A stretch of 64,000 nt of DNA from Lingula anatina (lineage: Eukaryota; Animalia; Brachiopoda): assembly GCA_051362555.1 (NCBI GenBank), contig CM120640.1:27490503-27554502 (forward strand), in the 5' to 3' direction. This document shows positions 40,622-50,769 of this stretch, in pieces. A program made the translations under genes and the position numbers. Under the pieces are notes generated by a model. That model searched no databases. It was not told the origin of the DNA and saw nothing but the letters and a program-made list of their open reading frames with translations. Position 1 is the stretch's first letter. Every line of letters begins with the position of its first letter.

Positions 40622-41152
40622 ATGTCGCTCTCTCACATCTTAGCTAAACCGGAACTGCAGACTGATGTTTTTGCTTGTCGCCAAGCTATAACGCAGGTGA
40701 GGATCTGTTATGATCGGTGAAGCCCGAAGTACACCTCTTCAAAGCCTGCATTTTTAAATGTCAACATATCGATACGCTGCAGTGTAGCAATGGCAACATA
40801 AACAATGATACATTTATCGCCACACTCCTTCTAATTTATTTATTTCTCCTGTCCCTGTTTATCTATAGTTTGTCTACAGTCTGCTGACTCGTTCTTAACA
40901 CCAGTACTCAGACTGAAGGTAATACTCACAAATCACTCTCTGCCCCATCACTTCTATGCCGAGCAGGCCATGCTACGCTTACACATCCAGATTCAGATTT
41001 TACTTGCAAAAGCCAAAAGAAAAAACGGTGAATTTGAGAGGGGTGACCTTTTTTGACTCAGTTTTCTGGCCTAGTAACATGTACATGCAAGGTACCATCC
41101 CATAGCATCATCATAGCGTCGAGACAAGGTGTAGTGAACACCATTGATGAAG

Positions 41153-41199
<47 letters not shown>

Positions 41200-41362
41200 G
41201 GGCGGATCCAGAGTTATTTTCTGACAGTCTTCCAATTTATCTTTGTTGATCCATCCTCCATTTTTGACCGTCTTCCGACAGAAAAAATTAGATACCCGTC
41301 AATGTAAACTTGACAAATCTGACCATCTTCCGGAAGACCCAGAAGACGCCCTAAATCCGCCC

Positions 41363-41457
<95 letters not shown>

Positions 41458-42633
41458 TATTGGCAGTATTTAGTAAAGTTATATTGGTAGTAATTATAGT
41501 TTGAATGTGATTTGCATATTTTTCCAACCAGGTTAATTTGAAGTGTAACTATAATTTTAATTATTAAAAGCTTTGATATACTCAGATGTGTATTTGGCAG
41601 GTTGCATGATTGAACCATTGATAGTAGTTATAGTTTGCATGCGATTTGCATATTTGCTCAGACAAGTTCATTTGAAATGTATCTACAAGTAAGCTTTAAT
41701 ATATTCAGGCCATTGACATAGTGTGTATGGCAGGTTGCATATCAGACAAAGTTCATTTAAAATGCAAATTGGGTTAGGAGATAGAAGAGGGAGAGGGAGA
41801 CTGATGCTAGAGGGACTGACCGATAGAGAGAACTTTATAGTGGTAGAGACTCGAGTTTAAGCCCTAAATAAACTATGCAGAAAACTGTCTCAGGCCCCAT
41901 TCAGAAAGAGAAGATCCAAGTGCTAACTGGTCCATGCTGAGTAGGGCACATCCCTGTCTATGTTACGTAATGCAATGCCTAGCCAAATCACTTAATTACA
42001 CATTACCCTGTAATTATTCTCCTCTACTGCTGAAGCAGGTTTAAAAGGTGGGTAGGGGCTGGGTAGTTTCATTACACCACACACTCAGATTGATTGTTTC
42101 TCCATAGGGGCTGAGCTCATACTTAAATTTTGTATATCAGGGCCTGACCCTAACTCTTGGCATCTGCCAAGCTGCCAAGGTGTGGTAACTTGGAAGCACA
42201 AATTTTTTTGACAAATATGCATGTTGTCACAAAATTGAACACAAACTAGTATCTACAGGCCTTTGCCCAGTCAGACAGAAAGATGTAAAACTATGAAAAT
42301 TAATGCAAGAAAATTACAAATTACTGATCTTTTTATGAACATTATTATTATATTAGTTTATATATTTTTTACTTTTCACAATTAAATTTCTTGACTAAAT
42401 GTTTTGATTTTTTTTTTCATGTCTAAACTAAATACCGGGTGGATGTCCAATACATATATAAAATAAACAATTATATTTCTTTGTGGGGATTTAATTTTAT
42501 GTTTTTAATTTTTATAGTAAAATGAATAAAATAAGTCCTTATTTTCATTTAGATTGCATGTTTAAAATATCAATTTCTTTTTTATGTCAGTACTGGTATA
42601 TAACAGGTCTGTATATTTATTTAGTTCCTGCAC

Positions 42634-42682
<49 letters not shown>

Positions 42683-45600
42683 TATTTTGAACTAAAAATA
42701 ATATAGTCTGGCCAGAGACATTAAATAAAACAGCTTTCAAAATAATAGGTTATATATTTGGGAAAAAAAATTTTCAACTAGAACTATCAATGCCAAAAGT
42801 TTCGAAGTTCCAATGGTTTATGAAGCAATAACATAATACTGTAATTATATTAGATTGAAGGGCAGTATAGTGCCTTGACCACAAACTGGTTTCAACCAGT
42901 TCAGCTGCTCTGATCTGGATATTACGCCTGAGTACTTCTTTTGTAGTTTATATTTTGGTCACAGTCTGTGCTGCTGGAATACATGGACTTTTACCAAATC
43001 AACATTCAGTAGTTAGATGTTACTATCTCAAAATATTATGTGAGTTAAGTAAGTGCTTTTGTGCAGTTTGTCTTAAAGGTTCCCCTTTTTCATAATTTGG
43101 CAGTTAATTTGCACAGACTTTGTTTAAGGCTTCCATGTGTCTGTGTACTGAAAGTATAGGTCACACAGTCACCAATGCTGATTTCGGCATGCAGCATGGT
43201 TTTAAAAGTCATTTGAAAAAATTTTGTGTGTGTTTTATGGCCTAAATAAAAATTGCAGTCCAGTCGGCAAATTGGGTACATGATTGCTTCATGTGGTGAA
43301 AATACTTTGGAAATGTCGTAGACCATAGCATCATCATAGGGACCATTCCCACAGATATTTGGATCGATCTATCTCCCTGGGGAGTCTCACAACATTGCTA
43401 TCAAACTAACCGGCTTAAACATCTGTCACGCCTAGTAAAACTGTTAGGGGGTAATTATTTTTACCCCTTAGCTGATTCGGTAGGCCTGACAGACGTTTAA
43501 GTATCTTAAGCTGATAGCAATTTAGCGTGAAGCCCCCACCCCCCACCCCTTCCACACCCCCAGGGAGTTAGGTCAATCCAGATGGATCAATCTAAGATCG
43601 CATTCACAACAAGTTGAGCCATGGCTTTACAAATCCTGGAACTATTTGGTGGACGTACATGAAAGAAAAACCGCCTAATCTTTTAATAGTCTCTCCGCCT
43701 CTCATACGCCTCCCCATGTGTCGTCCCAATGGAGCCGAGATTTAATGACTGTACCCCCGCGGAGACTATTAAAAGGCGGAGACTATTAAAAGATTAGGCG
43801 GTTTTTCCTCCATGTACGTCGGCCATATTTAGTTCCAGGATTTGTAAAGCCATGGCTCAACTCGTTGTGAATGCGATCTAAGTAAGGGAACCAAGTCAAA
43901 GATTGCATCACTAAATTCCCATATGAGCATTGTTCTGTGGACTTGTGGTGATTGTGATTATATTTAAATCTGCTGTTGGTCTCTTTTCCTTCCACCTTTG
44001 GTGATTTAAGGGACCATTTCCATAACCCTATCGTACTAACTGGATCGATCTTACTCCTCGGGAATTCTCCCTAAATTGCATTCAGTTTAAGCCACTTAAT
44101 AGTTAATGTCTAACACACCCCTTTGTAACTGAAAGTACTTGGGTAAAGTCAAGAAAACTTGGTGGTGCATGATGTTGTTCATGTTGCTTAATTGTTGTGA
44201 TCAGCTTTATTGTCTGCCCTGAATATACTGGAATGACAAACGTAGCTTAGGCATTCTACTGGATTTTGTTAAAAACTAAATCACACTTTCCTGATTTGTT
44301 GTTTTATTATTATTTATCATCATTTATTGTTTTAATTCTATTTATTACTTTTATTCTTTATTTATTTTATTTATTTATTTTACTTTTTTTTTTTTGGGGG
44401 GGGGGTTGAGGATTGGCTTTATTTATCAAACTCCTTCCGGATCTTAAACCTCCTTTTGGCCATATATCTGATACTTTCTGTTGACAATGCTCTTTATTTC
44501 CGAAATACGTGGTGATAATTGTAATGATAATTTTATTTGGAAGGCATCAAAACAGATTGATTTTGACTAAAATCTGGATGAACCAAATTGAGCCCTTGGC
44601 AACAGATTAAATATGTCACACAGTAATTCTTACTGCTTTCACATATCCCTTAGTGTGTGTGCACTTGTTCATGTAAACATGCTAATGACTTGTGACTCAT
44701 ATTCAAGACAAAATATGTAAACAAGGTGATAGTGTTATTGTTATGATACACATACGTAATATAGTTTCCTGTTCTGATGTTTCTTACTTTAGCCTTGTAA
44801 ACAAAGTCCTTGTCTTATCTGTAATGAGCATTTTCATTTCCAGACCATGTTGAATGACTGAATGTCACGAAAAAGCAACAATTATCTTTATAGATGGCAA
44901 GATATCAGTGATATTGCATAATATTTTTCAGTAAAAATATGACGTTGTACATATCAATACATGCCTTGCTTATCCTTCAGTCCAAAATACCAGGACAATG
45001 GGCCAACTCACAAAAAGTGTTTTAACAGTAAACAACTTTAATATTGATTTTATACCAACAGTTGTGTATGATTTCATTGACATTTTCAGGTTTTAGTTGC
45101 AGTCTCAAAAGGGGAAGACACAAGTTTGTTAACACCTCAGATGGTCAAACATTTAGCCAGTAATGACCTAGTCATCAAAAAGCTTGCCTGTCTTTACCTG
45201 GAGAAATGTGCCAACCAAAAGAATGAAGACCTTCTACTGGCCCTAAACACACTGTTGAAAGACTGTGCAGATCCTAACCCAACCATCCGTGGCCTTGCTC
45301 TGAAAACGTTATGTTCACTGAGGGATACAGAGTTGATGCAGTACAGTTTGAAACCTTTGAAACTAGCTCTGCAGGATCAAAGTGCTTACGTGCGACGCAT
45401 TGCTGCCATGAGTTGTGCTAGAATTTATAAAAGTTTGCCTCTTGTTATCGACAACCTGGGATTAGTGGACCTTTTGTATGGCATGCTTCGTGACTCGGAT
45501 CCTATTGTTGTAGTCAACTGCTTGCATGCATTGAATGAAATATTGCACAATGAAGGTGGTGTTGTTGTGAACAGAAAAATTGCCTATCATCTACTGAACA

Positions 45601-46607
45601 AACTGGAGGAGTTGACGGAATGGGGTGTTGCAACTGTAATGGATGTCTTAACAAATTACAAACCAAAAAGCGAAAATGAGGTGTTTGAAATTATGAACAT
45701 TTTAGACAAATTTCTTGGTCACAGTAACAGTGCTGTTGTAGAAGCCACATTCAAAGTTTTCCTGCACCTTAGTAAGGACTTGCCACATCTGAAAACTGAA
45801 ATATGTAAAAGGATAAAGCCAAGTCTGGTCAGTTTCCTAAATGCAGGCAATCCAGAAGTTTGTTTTATGATTCTAACATTCATTGATGAGAACATTCTTC
45901 CTGAAAGTGGGGATTTGTTTGCAGATGATATAAAATCCTTTTTCTGTAAACAAAAAGAACCTGTGTACCTTAAAGTGAAAAAATTGAAAATAATCCCCAT
46001 GATTGCGTCAGAAGATAAGGTGAAAAATGCGTTAGATGAGCTGATGATGCTTTCTAAAGATCACTCAATTGAAGTAGTCCAAAATGCCATATTTGCAATT
46101 GGTAAAATCGCTATAAAGCATAACTGTCACTTAGGTACTTGCATCAGCAGATTGGTCAGTCTTTTTCATTTAAATGTAGACTACATATCAAGTAGTGTTT
46201 TGCAGGTTCTGAAATCCTTAGATATCGATCAATTGGGCGAATTGGAAAAAATATTTCATGGCTTAGAGCAATGTGCTGAAGTTATCCAAGACCCAGAAGG
46301 GTTGTGTGCTATGTTCTGGCTCCTGGGTGAATATGGAGAACATATAGATGATGCCCCTTACATGCTGGAGGATTATTCAGAAAAACTGGGAGAGCTCTGT
46401 GACACGGGCGTAAAGATGCATCTTCTGTCTGCATGTGTAAAGCTATTTGCTAAAAGACCCGCGGAATGTCAGGACACTCTGGGCAAGCTGCTTGAGTTTC
46501 TTATGATAGAGGAGAAAGACTGTGATGTGCAAGAAAGAGCACGTTTTTATTTCCATCTTCTTCAAAAAGATGTTGAATATACCAAAAGGCTTGTTCTTAG
46601 CAGGTAG
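40622..46607 (+). CDS. AP-4 complex subunit beta-like adaptin, trunk domain only (~530 aa), 2 coding exons
   Basis: Exon 40622-40696 (MSLSHILAKPELQTDVFACRQAITQ) joined to exon 45090-46607. Beta-adaptin motifs KKLACLYL, LNTLLKDCADPNPTIRGLALKTL, LRDSDPIVVVNCL, WLLGEYGE, KLFAKRPAECQDTLG and DVQERARFY. The RPAECQ and DPIVVVNCL motifs point to beta-4. AATAAA at 46634. Orthology to AP4B1 is not certain. Confidence 0.85.
41197..41365. mobile_element. MITE with [14 protein letters not shown] embedded in a (TA)n microsatellite
   Basis: [25 protein letters not shown] with (TA)n on both sides (41154-41196 and 41366-41453). Degenerate copy at ~13312-13468. Confidence 0.8.
41837..42004 (+). mobile_element. 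Possible degenerate tRNA-derived SINE
   Basis: A-box-like TAGTGGTAGAG and B-box-like CTCGAGTTTAAGCCC followed by a moderately GC-rich body. Only one copy in the window. Confidence 0.25.
43339..43896. mobile_element. MITE family C, copy 3 (reverse), interrupted by a second MITE
   Basis: Family C core at 43339-43595. Its right end is split by the element at 43596-43878. A further fragment lies at ~44009-44100. Confidence 0.65.
43596..43878. mobile_element. Palindromic Harbinger-type MITE
   Basis: ~100-bp inverted arms GATCGCATTCACAAC.AGTTGAGCCATGGCTTTACAAATCCTGGAACTA..., TSD TAA. Confidence 0.85.
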
Positions 46608-47250
46608 ATGTACAGTTTCTGTTTAATTAAATGAATAAAGTTTCGTAATAATGTCATTCAGATTTGGTTTTCCTTCGTAGTGCAAAGGGAGTGTTTTTGC
46701 GTATATAATATTATTTCCTATTAGGTTGCAGTAACACTATTCAAGCAAATGATAATGAATGACTAAAAAAAAAACACGGATCTTAATCCAGTTAGAACCA
46801 GACTAGACTGATTTACAAAACATGTAAAGACGAAAGCGTACTACGCAGTTTCCGCTAACGCGACACCGCATAGTACTTGTACATGGAAACCTGCAGTGTA
46901 TCTGATAGAGGAAGTCCTTCACCTTAACAGCTATCATCATCTTTTTTAAAGCCTGTTTATTAAATACAACGAAACTGACGATAAACGCTTGGCCACGCTT
47001 TATGCACAAGTGCGTGAATTGGTGAAAAAATGATAAAAGGGAGTGTTTACCCTATTAGTGTTTATTTTATTGTACTGAAATCAATGTAAGCAAATTCCAT
47101 ATAAGAGAAGCGGGGAAACCGCTTATTACCCCAAACGTACAGTGTAGGCCTTTATTAAGTATCAAACACTAAATCTATAAAATATTAGTGCTACAAAAAA
47201 GAGAAGTGTCGACAGACCTTAGCAGTGAAAGATATGCAGTTGTTATAACG

Positions 47251-47565
47251 ACGCTTTTATTTCCATCTTCTTCAACAAGATGTTGAATATAACAAAATGC
47301 TTTTTCTTAGAAGAAAAGCTTTTTGTTTAGTTAGATGAGAAATGAAGTTTCATAAAAATTTCATTCAGATTTGGTTTTCCTTCGTAATCCAAAGGGAGTG
47401 TTTTTGCGTATGTAAAATTGTTTGCTTTCAGGTTGCAGAAACACTATTTAAGCAAATGATAACGAATGATTAAAAATCACGGAACTTAATCCAGTTAGAA
47501 CCAGACTAGATTGATTTATAAAACGTGCAAAGACGGGTATTACGCAGTTTCCGCTTACACGACAA
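47251..47565 (+). repeat. Diverged duplicate of the last ~20 codons and 3'UTR of the AP-4 beta-like gene
   Basis: Aligns by eye to 46541-46866 (TTTTATTTCCATCTTCTTCAA..GATGTTGAATAT...CAGTTAGAACCAGACTAGA). Confidence 0.85.
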
Positions 47566-48735
47566 CGGGGCGTAAATTTACTCGGATACGACTGTCGTAA
47601 ACCGCAATACCTAGTGTCCGTGCACCAGGTTTACTCTCACTGCTTACGACCGTTGCACCAAGACAAAAATCGATCGTCTTTACTACGCCCGAGTAAGGCT
47701 TCGTTGCATCACCGCCCAACAATACGTGGATGGTATAATTGGGTTAATGAGGAATTCGCAACTGCAGTCATAATGGGATGACGGCATAAATAAACACAAA
47801 ATGAGCATTTCAGTGACTGAGAAATTCATAAGCTACATTATTCCATTTTGATTTAGAAGTTAAAACGTTACAATATGTTAACTTTGCTGTTGCCTTGGAT
47901 ATATAGCAATAAAATCGTAAATGTATTCCGAATCAAAATATTATTATAGTATGTAAAAAAAAAAAATTAAATGTTTGATTGATGATGCCTGTTGAGAATG
48001 TGGAAAACGCGTTGGAGGCAGTGCGTATTCCAATTAATGGATTTGAACACCTTCACATTTGGTATTGAAACTTTTGAGTCTGAAAATAAAGCCAAAATTA
48101 CGCAACATTGCTTTCTTTTTATAGTTTTACAACAGTGTCAACTATTTCATGATCTTATATACACCATGTGATATCATTTAATTTAATCCAGCTTACATCT
48201 TGTAGATTAAAAAATATAAGAGGGCCAATACATATTATATGAGCCTTAAAATGTTGATATGCGTAAATTTACGACTAAGTTAAGACTAACGTAAGCACTA
48301 TTCTAGTTTGGTACAGCTGGCTTTTCTCGGAACAGCAAAAGGAAAATGTGAATGACATGAAAATCCGTACATGCATAAAAAGGGTGTATTTCTAAAAAGA
48401 CGAAACTTGACAAAAATGTCAGTACTGATCAAGTTCATATTAAGTGAGCCTGTCCTCAATAAGCCCGACCATATCCGTCATAATCAATAGTAACGCGAGA
48501 GCTGATCTTTGGAGAGCATTTTGTTTTATGTCTCCTTGATCCAAGCTGATTTAAGCAATAGGACATGCCAGTTAAAAGAACGGAACAAACTCAAGTATGA
48601 TGTTCGAAATTTGGCCGATGACGTCAGATTTATTGAAAGCCCCATTGATAAAAAGAAATGAAGCAGATTAATGATAAACACTGAATAGTGTTGATAAATG
48701 ACATTAACGTAATGTGTGCGCTTTGCTCTTTTTCA

Positions 48736-48918
48736 GGGGAAACCACTATAAATTCAGTGGGAGTATATAAGTGAATGTTTTTCATAATAATTCTCTACCA
48801 GATCCCAGCTCAGTGGTGACTTTTTTTCGCGAAAATTCTCACAGAACAGACATTTGCATTGAAAAACCAAAGAAATATTTGTAAATATCTGGCAAAAAAT
48901 TTGTTACCTTGGTAGAAG
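48736..48918 (+). promoter_or_regulatory. Possible TATA promoter and non-coding first exon of collagen paralogue 1
   Basis: TATATAA at 48764, a strong donor AAG|GTAGGT after 48918, and a candidate acceptor at ~50541 ahead of the ATG exon. No transcript evidence. Confidence 0.3.
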
Positions 48919-49328
48919 GTAGGTTTTTATCCTAGTCACTAACAGAAGAAGAAATAAAGCTCAAACTTGTCTCCTTCTAAACTGGTTTCTATACGTAAAG
49001 ATTCTTTCCTTATCTCTTCCTTATAAAAATTGTCATGTTACGAGATAATGCTGTCCCTTCAAAAATGCACCAGGGTGAATCTGCTTATTCTAATGACGAA
49101 AGCGCAGCATTTTTAAAACTGAAATATCGATTTCAAACTGATCTCTCTCACCTGAACAGCTATCAACATCGTTTTTAAAAACTATTTAATCAACCTCAAC
49201 AACAAGCATTACAATTCGGTGTAGGTAATTTTGTTGAAAGGCTTACTTCCGATTTTATCTGGAAACAATGGCCTTATTTGATGGAACATCGCAGTTAAGG
49301 ATTCCTAACTCCTAACTTTTAAGTTTTA

Positions 49329-49544
49329 CACCCCATTTCCATAGATTAGATTGACCTACTTTAGATCGACCTAACTCCCTGGGGGTTCACGCTAAATAGC
49401 TGTCAGCCGTGCGGACACGAAAGTTAATTACCCCCTTTACAGCTTGTAGTAGGCGGGACGGACATTTAAGCCGGATTATCTGACAGTAATCTAGTGAGAC
49501 TCCCCGCGGGGATAGATCGATCTAAAATCTATGGGAATAGAGCC
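49329..49544. mobile_element. PIF/Harbinger-type MITE family C, copy 4
   Basis: Near-identical to 26053-26267, TSD TTA. Confidence 0.85.
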
Positions 49545-49933
49545 TTAAAGAAGGTGAAACCACATGTCGGCTCTGGATTGTAATTCACACTAGTCATCAA
49601 TTTTCAGGCTAACATCTTAACTAGTTCCAGCGGACACCGATCACTATCTCACACCATTTTAAAAGGCAACAGACTTTAAAAACTTGGACACCCTGTATGC
49701 AAAAGTGCGTGAGGTGAGTAAAACGCGTTAAAGGAGGTTTTTACCCTAAAAGTGTCCATTACATTGTACTAATATCAAAATAAGTATATTTCATGTAAAA
49801 GGCGTGGGCCTTTATAACGTATCGAACACCCAATCTAAAAATTTAGTGCCTCATAAAAGTGTCTACAGATCTTGGCAGTATAGAAATTCAGTCGTTATAA
49901 TGACGCAAAAGTATAATGTCATATCCTTGCATA

Positions 49934-50089
49934 CAGTGTTAGAAATTAAGGCTGGACCGTCTTCCCGGGGCAGACAATTTTCAGAACGGGCAGAGAAGTT
50001 TTCCCACCCGGCAGGCATTCTAGCCAGCTGATTTCCAAGATGGCTGAGCTTTCGGTCCAGCAACTTATTTTCCTAAGAGGCAAACACTG
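49934..50089. mobile_element. hAT-type MITE, copy 2
   Basis: CAGTGTT...AACACTG termini with a perfect 8-bp target-site duplication CTTGCATA. Confidence 0.85.
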
Positions 50090-50769
50090 CTTGCATAGCA
50101 CCTCGAATTTGAACACAAATCGTTTAGATGAAAGTATTCCATGACTACTTACAAAAAAATCACGCAGTTTGTGATCGTCCGTAGAAAAAAAGAAAGTACA
50201 TAAAAATGAAAACGTGAATTTGCGTAATAATAAAGTAATAATTTGGTATTCAATCAACAGCTCACATCGGATTTGTTTACCTCCAATATAATTATATTGC
50301 TTAGATGTCTGTATACAGTATATTTATTGGGTAATGAAGCTATCCAGGTGAATCATCCCTCTATCAGGGGTGGTTTGCCTTAGAGTTTCATTCTTGAAAT
50401 CTTGCAAATTCAGACTGAGTGTGTTATTAATAACTTCAATAAATTTTATAGTGTACCCCGTTTTCTTTTAAGGAATAATCGTCCTTTGTTGATTTATAAA
50501 GCACGTGAGAAATAAATTTATCATACTCCTTTTTTAATTAGAATTCTCCACTCTTAAAATTCAATGTCGCCATAAAAAGATAATGGAAAATGACATCCAG
50601 CGGAATACAGGTGTCCGGAAACTGTTAATGTTAAGAGCGTGAGTTCATAAATCTAGAATATTTTATGGCTTCCTGAATCCGATTTAAAAGAACTTAATTT
50701 TACGTACTAACTTTTTAACAATCCTAACGAAAACGACGTCGTATCATTTATATCGCATCGGGAAAAAAC

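Noticed and set aside
41053-41618. ORFs with YIYIYI runs (also 39544-39735)
   Set aside because: Translations of (TA)n microsatellites.
47567-47717. CpG-rich insert with partial inverted ends interrupting the duplicated segment
   Set aside because: Probably a truncated MITE, but the TIR and TSD could not be defined well enough to call.
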